DNA of 64,000 nt from an uncultured Candidatus Binatia bacterium (GCA_965215605.1 OZ244070.1:1024001-1088000), one strand, 5' to 3'; shown: positions 1 to 10,611, counted from the first letter of the stretch. Translations and numbers: made by a program. The notes: generated by a model from the letters alone, not told the origin.

Positions 1-896
1 TGGACCGGGTCCTCGCGCACGCTCAAAGCAGGCTGGGGCAGTGCGCGCAGTGTGGACGCGACCGCGCGGCGCACGGCGTGGAACTGGTGATAACCGGCTA
101 CGATCTTGACGACGCCCGAGCCCGTGTCTCCAAACACGGTGAAGTCGCGGATCAGGGTCAGGAACCGGCGCTTCTCGAACACGCCCTCGATGACCGTCTG
201 GAGTTCCGGCGCGCCCTTCGGTGCGACGGCAGCGCCGTCCACGGTGCGCCAAGGCATGAAGCGTTCGAGACTGGCCGTCAGCGAGCCCAGCCGCGCCTGA
301 ATCCCATCCGAAGTCAGAAGCGCCGCGTTGGTGCGGAACAGGCAAGGGATCTCGTCCTTGTAGGTCTGGAGCTGGTTGAACGCGCCTTCGACGGTGGCGT
401 TTTCGTCACCGGGGTTTTTCAACTCGATCACGGCCAGGGGCAGGCCGTTGACGAACAGCACCACGTCGGCCCGGCGGTTGTTCTGTCCCTCGATCACCGT
501 GAACTGGTTGACCGCAAGCCAGTCGTTGGAATCGGCATCGGTGAAGTCGACCAGCCGGGCGGTGTCGCCGCCGGTACTGCCGTCCTCCCGGGCAACCTCG
601 ACGGGCACGCCCTCGACCAGATAGCGGTGCAGGCGGCGGTTCTCCTCGACGAGTGACGGGTTTTCCGCCTGCCGCAGCTTGCGCTCGACTTCCTCCAGCG
701 TCTCGGCTGGCAGGTGCGGGTTGAGGCGTGCAAGCGCCTCGCGAAGCCGTCCGGCCAGCAGCACCTCATCGTAGCTGCCGCGCTCAGGCGCCGGACCCTC
801 CGGGCCGATGTCCGGCCCGTACAGTACGGCATAGCCGAGCCCGGCAAGCCATTCGAGAGCCGCGTGTTCCACTTCGCTTTCGGTGAGCCTGGCCAT
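1..896 (-). CDS. hsdR: Type I restriction endonuclease subunit R, N-terminal part (runs off window)
   Basis: Manual translation from ATG 896: MARLTESEVEHAALEWLAGLGY...DWLAVNQFTVIEGQNNRRADVVLFVNGLPLAVIELKNP...AFNQLQTYK...AGYHQFHAV. Contains the HsdR nuclease motifs D...ELK and QxxxY. Absent from the ORF track because it has no stop in the window. Confidence 0.95.
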   Translation of the reverse strand, partial: MARLTESEVEHAALEWLAGLGYAVLYGPDIGPEGPAPERGSYDEVLLAGRLREALARLNPHLPAETLEEVERKLRQAENPSLVEENRRLHRYLVEGVPVEVAREDGSTGGDTARLVDFTDADSNDWLAVNQFTVIEGQNNRRADVVLFVNGLPLAVIELKNPGDENATVEGAFNQLQTYKDEIPCLFRTNAALLTSDGIQARLGSLTASLERFMPWRTVDGAAVAPKGAPELQTVIEGVFEKRRFLTLIRDFTVFGDTGSGVVKIVAGYHQFHAVRRAVASTLRALPQPALSVREDPV

Positions 897-1402
897 CAGG
901 CCGCGACCCTGCCCGTACCCAGGACGAACCGTGCCCGCTCGCGTCGAAGCATCTCGTACGGGCTCATGCAGCGCAGGCCGAGGCCGACGCAGGCGTTCGG
1001 AATCTTGATCTTTCTGGTGGTATCGGCGGGGATTTCATGCGTGACGACGATGCACTCGTGAGCCAGCGCATACGCCACAAGCCAGTAATCGGCCACCTGC
1101 AGGAAGGTTGCGACAGCGGCCGGCTGGTATCCATGACCGCTCGCCCAATCGCTCACGGCGCGAAGTGCCGGCAGAACCGCGTCGTCCGGCCGCAGAAAGA
1201 ACCCGTCGCCCCGCGCAGCGGCCCACTTCGCCAGATCGTCGTCTCCCGTGTGCAGTTCGTCCGCAACCTTCTCGATGCTCGCGACCTTTCCCGTGCCGTT
1301 TTGCTCAACCATCCAGTCCCAGAAAGCGGGGCAGAAATCGAAGCCATAGTGCAGATTCTTGGCCTGGATGAAGACGTTCGAATCGACGAGATAAACCGTC
1401 AT
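896..1402 (-). CDS. DUF4411-family PIN-like domain protein (putative ribonuclease toxin)
   Basis: YLVDSNVFIQAKNLHYGFDFCPAFWDW...ADYWLVAYA...KIKIPNAC is a typical DUF4411/PIN pattern. Confidence 0.85.
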   Translation of the reverse strand: MTVYLVDSNVFIQAKNLHYGFDFCPAFWDWMVEQNGTGKVASIEKVADELHTGDDDLAKWAAARGDGFFLRPDDAVLPALRAVSDWASGHGYQPAAVATFLQVADYWLVAYALAHECIVVTHEIPADTTRKIKIPNACVGLGLRCMSPYEMLRRERARFVLGTGRVAA

Positions 1403-2553
1403 CCCATCACCCCGGCTTCGCGCCCGATATTGTTGAAAGTCTCGGTCTTCTTGACACCCAACATCCGGAACGCGTCACGATAGAGAGTCTGGCCCTCGAT
1501 CGTGCTCACCACCAGCGCGCGGGCGAACCGCCGTCCGACCCGTGCGACCGTGGCGCGATAGAAGTCGCCGCCACCGCTGCCCGTCCGGACGAGCTTCCGC
1601 AGGCGTTCGTGCTCTTGTGCCCAAGCCGCGTCAAAACGCTCGCGAGTCAGCCAATCCGCATCGAGCAAGCGCCGAAGGATGACGAGCGTGCTCACCTGGA
1701 AAACACGCGCCAGCCTGGATAGTGCGTCGGGGAGTCGCTCGTTTCGTCGCAACTCCGATTGCAGGCCATGCAGTGGCACCAGAACTTCGGCAGCCACCGC
1801 ATTGCACCACAGCTCCTCCCGGCGGGATCCGGCATCGGGTGCGGCTCCGAGATTCGACAAGGCGGAATCGCCAAGCCAGATATGCGCCAGTTCATGGGCG
1901 AGCGTGAACATCTGCGCGGCCTTGGTATCCTTGCTGTTGACGAAGATCAGCGGCGCAAGCGGATCGCACAGCGCGAAGCCGCGAAACTCGCCGGGATCGA
2001 GACTGCGACTCGTGTTGCTCATCACGATACCACTCACCATGACGAGAACACCGGCATCGTCAGCCTGGCGGATGAACAGCCGCAGCGCATCGGTCCAGGT
2101 CGGAAACTCCCGGCGGACCGTCAGATCGAAACCCAAGGTTTCCCGCATCCGCGTCGCGACCGTTTCAGGCGACGTCTCGACCGAGGCGCTGCCGACGAAG
2201 CCCAGCTCGGGCTCGCCAGCGACGCGAGCGAAATCCCGATACCAGCTCTGGCGTTCCTGGCAGGCGTAGATCGTGTCCAGCAGGTTCGGGCTGGGTCGCC
2301 TGACCGCATGCCCGGCGAATGTTCGGAAGTCGGGAATGGGCATGGTTTCTTCCGGTGGCTCCGAAAGAAACAGATAACCGACCGGAACATGGAGAGCGCG
2401 TGCGAAAGCCTCCGCCTGCTTCAAGGTGGGCTGCGTTTGCCCGTCCTCCCACTCCGGCAGTTTCTTGAACTTCGCCGCCAGATCTTCCCGCGCGACTCCG
2501 GCGCGCTCACGCGCCCAACTCAAAAGCTCGGGATTGACCGGGGCGCGGATCAC
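1399..2553 (-). CDS. XRE-HTH + ImmA/IrrE (peptidase M78, COG2856) metallopeptidase
   Basis: N-terminal HTH (LLSWARERAG...WEDGQTQPTLKQ), IPDFRT linker and HExxH motif FTLAHELAH. Confidence 0.9.
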   Translation of the reverse strand: MIRAPVNPELLSWARERAGVAREDLAAKFKKLPEWEDGQTQPTLKQAEAFARALHVPVGYLFLSEPPEETMPIPDFRTFAGHAVRRPSPNLLDTIYACQERQSWYRDFARVAGEPELGFVGSASVETSPETVATRMRETLGFDLTVRREFPTWTDALRLFIRQADDAGVLVMVSGIVMSNTSRSLDPGEFRGFALCDPLAPLIFVNSKDTKAAQMFTLAHELAHIWLGDSALSNLGAAPDAGSRREELWCNAVAAEVLVPLHGLQSELRRNERLPDALSRLARVFQVSTLVILRRLLDADWLTRERFDAAWAQEHERLRKLVRTGSGGGDFYRATVARVGRRFARALVVSTIEGQTLYRDAFRMLGVKKTETFNNIGREAGVMG

Positions 2554-3827
2554 GCTACAGCCTCGACTACCTTTTCGGCATCGTGAAGACGGATTTCACC
2601 GGACATGAGTTTGGGCAGGAGGAGGTCGCGGGTTTCTGCCAGTATTCGGCTCTCCAGATCATTCTTGATGGTGTGTTGAACAAGCGGGCCAACGGCTTGA
2701 CCAAGCAAAGTAAGAACGTCATCGGGTGGCAAGATTGTCATTGCCTCCTTCAAGTGTCGCCGCTGAATGTGCCCCATAGTCGTTGCCTTCGAGGCTGCGA
2801 TCGCGCGGAACTCTTCCAGATGATGGTGAACCCATTGGCCGAAAAACCACGACGGGAATCGGTCCGAAGTCACTTTGAAGAGGTGCTGATTGAGTGCGCC
2901 CTCGCCTTCGGTCCAGAATTTTGCAAGAAGGCTGCCTGACCACGAAAACAGAAAGTCACCGTCTTTGACAATGTACTTGTCAGGGACATCGCGCGAGGCC
3001 CGGCTGGATTTCGGCGTTATGCCTCCGCGCAACTCGGCGATCTTGATAACCGGCAAACTGTTGTCGGGGTCCGAAGCGGAAAACTTTTGAAGAGCCAAGC
3101 CATTCAGGAAATCCGCGATCTCGTCGAGGGGCTTTCTTGTCCATCCAACCGGCTTGCCGTCGTCATCCAGCGCATCGGGGAACAGGTCCCAGAGTTCCGG
3201 GGCCAGGTAGGGAGCGCGGCCTTCGGCCTTGGCGCGGGTGGGGCCGAAATCAACGAACCAGTCCTTGAAGACCGCCCGCGCCATCGCCTCCAGCGTCTCG
3301 TTCATCCGGCGGTTCAGGTCGATGCGACGGTCGAGCGCAGTGAAAAGCTCCGCAATAGCCGTTTCGGTAAGACAACCGAAGCGAGGAATCAGCAGGTCTT
3401 TGAGCCTATCCGTTGGAAGACGGCCGGTCCCGTGTCCGGCGGCCTCGACAGCATCGAGAAGTTCAGGTTTCTTGGAGAGGATTACGTAGTAGAGGTAGCG
3501 CGGATCAACATCTTGCCTTGCGACGACTGCCTTGATGTCCTGATTGAACGTCATTGCTTGGGCAGGACGAATCACCCTGATCTCGTTGTGCAGGGACATC
3601 CCGCGCACAACAATGAATATTGCGTCTGCAGGTGCAAGCCGCGTGCCGTTCCCAATGGCTTCAGACGAAACCTTCGCTTCGGTGGCGCCTGACCATTTGC
3701 CCATGTCTTTGGGAGTCAGCCATGGAATCAAACCGTTCCAGTAGCTTTCGTTTAACTTTCGAGGAGTGCCCCCAGACAACAAGTCAGCAACGTCGTCGAG
3801 AGGTTGGGAGGAGTACACGCTAGTCAT
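2550..3827 (-). CDS. hsdS: Type I R-M specificity subunit
   Basis: Two TRDs (GGTP...YWNG; NGLALQKF...) with conserved spacers [30 protein letters not shown] and [14 protein letters not shown]. Confidence 0.95.
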   Translation of the reverse strand: MTSVYSSQPLDDVADLLSGGTPRKLNESYWNGLIPWLTPKDMGKWSGATEAKVSSEAIGNGTRLAPADAIFIVVRGMSLHNEIRVIRPAQAMTFNQDIKAVVARQDVDPRYLYYVILSKKPELLDAVEAAGHGTGRLPTDRLKDLLIPRFGCLTETAIAELFTALDRRIDLNRRMNETLEAMARAVFKDWFVDFGPTRAKAEGRAPYLAPELWDLFPDALDDDGKPVGWTRKPLDEIADFLNGLALQKFSASDPDNSLPVIKIAELRGGITPKSSRASRDVPDKYIVKDGDFLFSWSGSLLAKFWTEGEGALNQHLFKVTSDRFPSWFFGQWVHHHLEEFRAIAASKATTMGHIQRRHLKEAMTILPPDDVLTLLGQAVGPLVQHTIKNDLESRILAETRDLLLPKLMSGEIRLHDAEKVVEAVA

Positions 3828-5367
3828 ACACGCCGACCCCCTCCAATTTTTTCTGGATGATGGTGCTCAGTTCCTCCGCTTCGGCGAATTGCTCCGCAAG
3901 CGTTTCCTTCAATTCCGCGAACCGCTCCTCAAATGGCACGTCGTCATCTTCGGTTGCAGCCGCACCGACATAGCGGCCGGGCGTCAGGACGTGGTTGTGT
4001 TCCCTGATTTCCTCCAGCGTGGCGGACTTGCAGAATCCCGGTTTGTTCTCGTACGGAGCCGCGTCCGGTGCGCCGCGCCACGCACGATACGTATCAGCGA
4101 TCCGGGCGATGTCCTCGTCGGCGAACTCCTTCCGAGTCCGGTCGATCATGTGCCCGAGATTGCGGGCGTCGATGAACAGCACTTCTCCGCGCCGGTCGCG
4201 GCAGTCCCCGCCGGGATTTTTGTTGCGCGCCAGCAACCAGAGGCAGGCAGGAATCTGGGTCGAGTAGAAGAGCTGTCCGGGCAGCGCGATCATGCAGTCC
4301 ACGGCGTCGGCCTCGACCAGAGCGCGGCGGATGTCGCCTTCTCCGGACGTGGCCGTGGACATGGAGCCGTTGGCGAGCACCACGCCCGCCGTGCCGTTCG
4401 GGGCGAGGTGGTGGTGGATATGCTGGAGCCAGGCGTAGTTCGCGTTGCCGGCGGGCGGAACGCCGAAGGTCCAGCGGGCGTCCTCGCGCAGCCGGTCGCC
4501 GCCCCAATCGGAGACGTTGAACGGCGGGTTGGCGAGGATGAAGTCGGCCTTGAGGTCGGGCAGTTCGTCCTTGTGGAAGCTGCCCTCGTTGTTCCAACGG
4601 ATGTCCGCGTCGATGCCGCGCACCGCGAGGTTCATCTTGGCCAGCCGCCAGGTTGTGTAGTTGCTCTCCTGTCCGTAGATGGCGATGTCGCCGATGCGGC
4701 CGCCGTGTTCCTCTACGAACTTCTCGGACTGCACGAACATGCCGCCGGAGCCGCAGCAGGGGTCGTAAACGCGGCCCTTGTAGGGCTCCAGCATCTCCAC
4801 CAGCAGGCGGACGACGGAACGCGGCGTGTAGAACTCGCCGCCGCGCTTGCCCTCGGCGCCGGCGAACCCCCCCAGGAAGTATTCATAAACGCGCCCGAGG
4901 ATGTCGCGGGAGCGGTCGGCCTCCTCAGCCATGCCGATTCCGCTCACGAGGTCGATCAGTTCGCCGAGCATGACCTTGTTGAGCGCCGGGCGGGCGTAGT
5001 CCTTGGGCAGGACGCCCTTGAGTGAGGCGTTTCGGGCCTCGATCTCAAGCATGGCGACGTCGATGTCCTTGCCGATGGTCGTCTGCCTGGCCCTGGCTTG
5101 CAGATGCGACCAGCGGGCTGCCTTCGGAACCCAGAAGACGTTCTCGGCGAGATACTCCTCGGGGTCCTCGGGGTCGGCCAGTTCTTCCTTGAGCAACGCG
5201 GTCCGCTTGGCCTCGAAGGCATCCGAGATGTACTTGAGGAAGATCAGGCCGAGGGCGACATGCTTGTAGTCGGACGGCTCCATGTTGCCCCGCAGCTTGT
5301 CGGCGGCGGCCCAAAGTTGCGCCTCGAATCCGAGGCTGAGCCCTGCGTTGTTTATCTGCTTCGTCAT
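3820..5367 (-). CDS. hsdM: Type I R-M DNA methyltransferase subunit (m6A)
   Basis: [16 protein letters not shown], motif I DPCCGSGG and motif IV NPPF. Confidence 0.97.
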   Translation of the reverse strand: MTKQINNAGLSLGFEAQLWAAADKLRGNMEPSDYKHVALGLIFLKYISDAFEAKRTALLKEELADPEDPEEYLAENVFWVPKAARWSHLQARARQTTIGKDIDVAMLEIEARNASLKGVLPKDYARPALNKVMLGELIDLVSGIGMAEEADRSRDILGRVYEYFLGGFAGAEGKRGGEFYTPRSVVRLLVEMLEPYKGRVYDPCCGSGGMFVQSEKFVEEHGGRIGDIAIYGQESNYTTWRLAKMNLAVRGIDADIRWNNEGSFHKDELPDLKADFILANPPFNVSDWGGDRLREDARWTFGVPPAGNANYAWLQHIHHHLAPNGTAGVVLANGSMSTATSGEGDIRRALVEADAVDCMIALPGQLFYSTQIPACLWLLARNKNPGGDCRDRRGEVLFIDARNLGHMIDRTRKEFADEDIARIADTYRAWRGAPDAAPYENKPGFCKSATLEEIREHNHVLTPGRYVGAAATEDDDVPFEERFAELKETLAEQFAEAEELSTIIQKKLEGVGVYD

Positions 5368-5685
5368 GGAGTGCCAACTCGCCCGTGACGACGGAAGGCG
5401 TAGCCCCAGTCCGCCATGGCGACGGCCGGACCTTGCCGGGATCCGGAGTCGAAGGGACGTTGCATCTTCCGCCCCATCCTACCCGGCCAGCGAGTCGATC
5501 GAAAGAGACGGGCCGGTCGGGCCTCGCTCGCCGCGCCTTCAGACACGTAGTGCGTGAAGCCGTACTACAGGAAGCATAGGAAGCAGGAGGTCACAAATCA
5601 ACGCGGGAAGCCGGCGTTGGTATTGAGCCGGCACCGCGGAACCGACCTGTGTCCGGAACCCTGGGCTTCGACACGGTACGCGCCG

Positions 5686-5714
5686 TTGCGGCTACCACCC
5701 CCTTCCGCTACACT
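5686..5714 (+). promoter_or_regulatory. Putative sigma70 promoter of mfd
   Basis: TTGCGG-17 nt-TACACT, about 30 nt upstream of GTG 5747. Confidence 0.5.
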
Positions 5715-5746
5715 TCTCGGCCGTCCCTCGCAAGGTAACCGACCCG

Positions 5747-8700
5747 GTGGCATCCCTTTCACTTAACGACAAGATCTCGCGGCTCCTGACCCATGAGTGG
5801 CGCGGCGAGAAGCGTATTTCCGGCCTTCAGGGCAGCGCCAAGGCCTACGCCGTTTTTCTGGCCGCCCGGCAACTCGACGGTCCGCTGGTGGTGCTGGCGC
5901 CCACCGTGAAAGAGGCGGAACGCCTGTTTCTCGACCTCTCCTTCTTCCTTGGCGAAGAGTCCGGCTCCCCGCCGCTCGAGCGGCGGCTCCATCTGTTCCC
6001 GGGCTGGGACATCCTGCCCTTCGAGAGCCTGTCTCCCCATCCTGACCAGATGGCCGCGCGCATGGAGGGCCTCCACCGGCTCGGGCAACAGTCCGCGCCG
6101 GTGCTGGTAACAACTCCGGCGGCGGTGATGCAACGCGTGGTGCCCAGGGAGAGCTTCGGTAGCATGCACTTCATCGAAGGTCAGGAGGTGGACCGGGAAG
6201 AACTGCTGTGGCGGCTCGCCAACCTGGGCCTCGCCCGGGCCCCGCTGGTGGAGGAACGGGGCGACTTCAGCGTGCGCGGCGGCATCGTGGACCTGTTTCC
6301 TCCGGGCTACGAGCGGCCCATCCGGATGGAGTTCAGCGACGACCGCATCGATTCCATCCGGGAGTTCGACCCCCGCACCCAGCGTTCCCGGTCGCCGCAC
6401 GGGGAACTGGTGCTGCTGCCCATGAGGGAGTTTGTGCCGGGAGCGCAAACGAGCCGGGACACGCTGCTCCGCATCGAGGAACGGGCGGACGAACTGGGCT
6501 TCACCCGCAAGGACAAGCGGGCGCTCCTGGAGTCGGTGCGCGAAGGGGTCCGGTTCGCGGGGATGGAGTTCCTGGCGCCCTACTTCCACGACCGTCCGCT
6601 GCCGTCGCTGCTGGCCCATCTTCCCCGCCGAAGCATCCTCTGGTGGGATCAGCCGGCGCGGGTGGAGGAGGAACTGGAGCGGTTCGGCAATCTGGTGGGC
6701 CAAAGGGCGTCCAAGGCGGCGGCGGAAGGGCGTTTCCATCCCCGCGCCGAAGCCCTTTACCTGGAACCGGACGGCTGGCGCGAGGAGGCCGCGGCCTTCC
6801 GGCAGATCCACAGCGAGAGCCTCGACTTCCTGGCATCGCCCGAGGACCCCTCCTCGACGCTGTCGGTGCGCTCCTACACCAACACCGACCTGCACAGCGA
6901 GCTCACCACCCAGCAGGGATCGGAACGGTCCCTGGCGCCGCTGGTGGAGCATCTCGAACAGTGGCGGGACCAGCGGGTGCTGTTCGTCGGCGGCCATCCA
7001 GGCGACGCGCAACGGCTCCGGCAACTGCTGGCCTACTACGATGTGGACCTGCCCGTATCCGAGCGGCCCTTCCACGAGACCGCGGCGGGCCCCGCCAACG
7101 GCCCCGCGATCCTGCTCGGGAGCCTGACCCAGGGTGTGCGGCTCCCGGACGAGCGGCTCGTCATCATCACCCTGGAGGAGCTGTGGGGCCGCCGCAAGCG
7201 GGACCTCCCGGTGCGCAAGCGGGAGACCCCGAGCCACTTCATCACCAGCCTGAGCGAGCTGCGCCAGGACGACGTGGTGGTGCACCTCGACCAGGGCATC
7301 GGCATCTACCGCGGGCTCAAGTACCTCAAGGTGGCGGGCACCGAAGGCGAGTTCCTGCACCTGGAGTACCAGGGAGGCGACCGCCTCTATCTGCCCATCG
7401 ACCGCATCAACCTGGTGCAGAAGTTCATCGGCGCGGACGGCGCCGCTCCGGTGCTGGACCGGCTGGGCGGCACCTCGTGGCTCAAGCTCAAGGCCCGGAC
7501 GCGCAAGGCCATCGTGGCCATGGCCAAGGAGCTGCTGCGGGTCTATGCCACCCGGGAGGTGCACGAGGGCCACACGTTTCCGGCCCCCGACCAGGCGTAC
7601 CGGGAGTTCGAGGCCGCCTTCGAGTACGAGGAAACGCCGGACCAGGAGCAGGCCATCGCCGAGACCCTCAAGGACATGACCCAGGGCAAGCCCATGGACC
7701 GGCTGATCTGCGGCGACGTGGGCTACGGCAAGACCGAGGTGGCCATGCGCGCGGCCTTCATGGCGGTGATGGACGGCAAGCAGGTGGCCGTGCTCGCCCC
7801 CACCACCATCCTGGCGCAACAGCACCTGGAGACGTTCCGCGGCCGCTTCGAGCCCTACCCGGTGCGGGTGGAGAGCCTCAGCCGCTTCGTCACCGGCAAG
7901 ACCGTTCAGCAGTCGCTCAAGGATCTGGGCGCCGGGCTCATCGACATCGTCATCGGCACCCACCGCCTGCTGCAGAGCGACGTGGCCTTCAAGAACCTGG
8001 GCTTGGTGGTGGTGGACGAGGAACACCGCTTCGGCGTGGGCCACAAGGAGAAGCTCAAGAAGCTCCGCGCCACCGTGGACGTCATGAGCCTCACCGCCAC
8101 GCCCATTCCACGGACCCTGCACATGTCGCTGGTGGGCATCCGCGACCTGAGCGTCATCGAGACGCCGCCCCCCAACCGGCTGGCCGTCAGGACCTACGTG
8201 ACGCGCTACGACGAGGGCGTCATCCGCGACGCCATCCTGCGGGAGATCAACCGCGAGGGGCAGGTGTTCTTCCTGCACAACCGGGTGGAGAGCATTCAGC
8301 GGGTGGGCCAGAAAATCATGGATCTGGTGCCCGAGGCCAAGGTCGCCGTGGCCCACGGGCAGATGACTCCCGTGGAGCTCAAGAAGAACATGGGGCTGTT
8401 CCAGGAGAACGGGGCTCAGGTGCTGGTGTGCTCCGCCATCATCGAATCCGGCCTGGACTATCCCAACGCCAACACCATCATCATCAACCGGGCGGACCGG
8501 TTCGGGCTGGCCCAGCTCTACCAACTGCGGGGCCGGGTGGGTCGTTCGTCGCGCCGCGCCTACGCCTACCTGCTGCTTCCCGGCAGCGGCACCGTGACCC
8601 GGGACGCGGAAAAGCGCCTGCGGGCGCTGCAGGAACTGGACGAACTCGGCAGCGGCTTCAAGCTGGCGCTGCACGACCTGGAGATTCGCGGCGCCGGCAA

Positions 8701-9280
8701 CCTGCTCGGGCGGGAACAGTCCGGCCAGATCGCCGCGGTGGGCTTCGAGCTCTACACCCAGATGATGGAGGAGACCATTCACGAGCTCAAGGGAGAAGAG
8801 CGCCGGGTCACGGTGGAGCCGGAGATCCGCCTCGGCATTCCGGCCTACTTTCCCGACGACTACATACCCAGCGCCAACCAGCGCCTGCTGTTCTACAAGC
8901 GGCTGGCCAACCTGGAGGACACGGAGCAACTGGCGGAGATCCGGGACGAGATCCGCGACCGTTACGGGAGTTGCCCGGAGGTGGTGGAGAACCTGTTCAC
9001 GGTCATGGAACTCCGGCGCGCGCTCATCGGCGCCCTGGCAACCCAGGTCATCTACCAGGACGGCCGCCTGTCCCTGACCTTTCACGCCGACTCCCCCCTG
9101 AAAGTGGACCGGCTGCTCCAGCTCGCGGAAGAAGACCGCCGGGATTTCCGGTTCTCGCCGAACGGGCGTCTCTCCTACGCCCCCGGGCAGTCCGGCTGGC
9201 CTGCCATCATCGACGAGGCCTGTGAGTTATTGCACGCGGTGTGCCGGGACGGTATGTTACAGCACCACGAACGGCTGTAA
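5747..9280 (+). CDS. mfd: Transcription-repair coupling factor
   Basis: UvrB-homology N-terminus (RGGIVDLF), CGDVGYGKTEVA, DEEHRFG, QLRGRVGRS, DLEIRGAGNLLG and TRCF C-terminal domain. Confidence 0.98.
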   Translation: MASLSLNDKISRLLTHEWRGEKRISGLQGSAKAYAVFLAARQLDGPLVVLAPTVKEAERLFLDLSFFLGEESGSPPLERRLHLFPGWDILPFESLSPHPDQMAARMEGLHRLGQQSAPVLVTTPAAVMQRVVPRESFGSMHFIEGQEVDREELLWRLANLGLARAPLVEERGDFSVRGGIVDLFPPGYERPIRMEFSDDRIDSIREFDPRTQRSRSPHGELVLLPMREFVPGAQTSRDTLLRIEERADELGFTRKDKRALLESVREGVRFAGMEFLAPYFHDRPLPSLLAHLPRRSILWWDQPARVEEELERFGNLVGQRASKAAAEGRFHPRAEALYLEPDGWREEAAAFRQIHSESLDFLASPEDPSSTLSVRSYTNTDLHSELTTQQGSERSLAPLVEHLEQWRDQRVLFVGGHPGDAQRLRQLLAYYDVDLPVSERPFHETAAGPANGPAILLGSLTQGVRLPDERLVIITLEELWGRRKRDLPVRKRETPSHFITSLSELRQDDVVVHLDQGIGIYRGLKYLKVAGTEGEFLHLEYQGGDRLYLPIDRINLVQKFIGADGAAPVLDRLGGTSWLKLKARTRKAIVAMAKELLRVYATREVHEGHTFPAPDQAYREFEAAFEYEETPDQEQAIAETLKDMTQGKPMDRLICGDVGYGKTEVAMRAAFMAVMDGKQVAVLAPTTILAQQHLETFRGRFEPYPVRVESLSRFVTGKTVQQSLKDLGAGLIDIVIGTHRLLQSDVAFKNLGLVVVDEEHRFGVGHKEKLKKLRATVDVMSLTATPIPRTLHMSLVGIRDLSVIETPPPNRLAVRTYVTRYDEGVIRDAILREINREGQVFFLHNRVESIQRVGQKIMDLVPEAKVAVAHGQMTPVELKKNMGLFQENGAQVLVCSAIIESGLDYPNANTIIINRADRFGLAQLYQLRGRVGRSSRRAYAYLLLPGSGTVTRDAEKRLRALQELDELGSGFKLALHDLEIRGAGNLLGREQSGQIAAVGFELYTQMMEETIHELKGEERRVTVEPEIRLGIPAYFPDDYIPSANQRLLFYKRLANLEDTEQLAEIRDEIRDRYGSCPEVVENLFTVMELRRALIGALATQVIYQDGRLSLTFHADSPLKVDRLLQLAEEDRRDFRFSPNGRLSYAPGQSGWPAIIDEACELLHAVCRDGMLQHHERL
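9230..9258 (+). promoter_or_regulatory. Putative internal promoter for surA within the 3' end of mfd
   Basis: TTGCAC-17 nt-TATGTT. Confidence 0.4.
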
Positions 9281-9312
9281 ACTACGATACGATGGCAACA
9301 AGGAACGGCACC

Positions 9313-10563
9313 ATGAAGAGCCTCGGCAGACGGACCTTGAGCCGGCGCGCGGCAACGGTGCTGGCGCTGGCGTTCCCGGCGGCGGCTTTCGGCGCGGTGG
9401 TGGAGAAGATCGTCGTGGTGGTCAACGACGTTCCACACACCTACTCGGACCTGCGCAAGTTCACGCAGACCCGGCTGGGGCAGGACGTTCGGCTCGACGA
9501 GCTGACCGCCGGCCGCGTACCCAAGAGGCTGGTGGAGGAATTCATCACCGCCGAGCTCATCAAGGCGGAAGTCAAAGGCACCGGCATCCAGGTGCGGGAC
9601 GCCGACATCGACGCGTACATCGAGAATATCCGGAAAAGGAACAACGTCACGCTCGCCGAGTTGACCGCCGCGCTCAAGCGGGACGGCAAGGAAATGGACC
9701 AGTACCGGGACCAGGTCCGGAACGACCTCGAACGGGGCGAGCTCATCGACCGCAACGTCCGGCAGAAGGTTCACATCACGCCGGGGGACGCGCAACGCTA
9801 CTACGACGCCAATCCGCACCGCTTCTTGACCGACCTGAAGGTGCATCTCCGCCATATCATGCTGGAGGTGGAGGAAGGCGCGCCGTCCGACCGGGCCGAG
9901 GCGGTGCTTGCGCGTGTCAGGGAACTGCGACAGGAGGCGTTGGATGGAGCCGACTTCGCCGCGTTGGCGCGCACGCATTCCCAAGGCGCCGGGGCCAGGG
10001 AAGGCGGCGACATCGGTTGGCTCCAACCCGACAGTCTGCCCGATTCCCTGGCACGCGTCGCCGCCGTTCTGGACAAGGGAACCATCAGCCAGCCCGTCCG
10101 CACGAGCCTGGGGTACCACCTGGTGAAGATGGAAGACCGCCAGGGCGGGCAACGGCTGCCCTTCACCGCGGTTTCGGAACAGATCAGCGAAGAGCTGTAC
10201 CGGCAGACGCTGGACGAGAGATTCGCCAAGTGGCTCAAGACCGACTTGCGCAAGAAGCATCGTGTACAGGTCAAGCTCGACGGTTACGCGTTCGAGGCGC
10301 AAGAGGCCGAAAGGGGCACGGTCGGCAATCTGATGGCGGCCACGGCCGGCGAGGAAGACAAGGACTTCTGGGACTACATCAATCCGCTGACGTATATCTA
10401 CGACGAGGAAACCGTGGCGGGCGACCGTAAGATCGTCAAGCTCTTCGGCGTCCCGCTCTTCACGACGGAAGCGGGCGACGACGACGACGTGCCTCTCAAC
10501 GAGCCTTTTGAAGACCAACCGCCGAAGCTGGGGGCTGGCGGCGGCGGCGATGCTGCCCCGTAG
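9313..10563 (+). CDS. surA: SurA-like periplasmic chaperone / parvulin PPIase
   Basis: Signal peptide ending AAFG, then VVEKIVVVVND and a parvulin motif (GADFAALARTHSQG...GGDIGW...GYHLVK). Lies between mfd and pdxA; AGGA precedes ATG 9313. Confidence 0.85.
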   Translation: MKSLGRRTLSRRAATVLALAFPAAAFGAVVEKIVVVVNDVPHTYSDLRKFTQTRLGQDVRLDELTAGRVPKRLVEEFITAELIKAEVKGTGIQVRDADIDAYIENIRKRNNVTLAELTAALKRDGKEMDQYRDQVRNDLERGELIDRNVRQKVHITPGDAQRYYDANPHRFLTDLKVHLRHIMLEVEEGAPSDRAEAVLARVRELRQEALDGADFAALARTHSQGAGAREGGDIGWLQPDSLPDSLARVAAVLDKGTISQPVRTSLGYHLVKMEDRQGGQRLPFTAVSEQISEELYRQTLDERFAKWLKTDLRKKHRVQVKLDGYAFEAQEAERGTVGNLMAATAGEEDKDFWDYINPLTYIYDEETVAGDRKIVKLFGVPLFTTEAGDDDDVPLNEPFEDQPPKLGAGGGGDAAP

Positions 10564-10611
10564 CGGTTCGGTCCACGGGGCCGCCCCCTCCGCGGCTCAA
10601 CCCATATCGAC

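Noticed and set aside
5368-5685. Short ORFs and a GGAAGCA repeat between hsdM and mfd
   Set aside because: No recognisable coding motif, RBS or IS ends; treated as a divergent promoter region.
5759-9225. Very long antisense and alternate-frame ORFs over mfd (1108 aa, 1005 aa), and similar ones over the uvrA, dcw, hydantoinase and pur genes
   Set aside because: These are shadow ORFs expected from high GC3. They have no recognisable motifs and fully overlap clear housekeeping genes.
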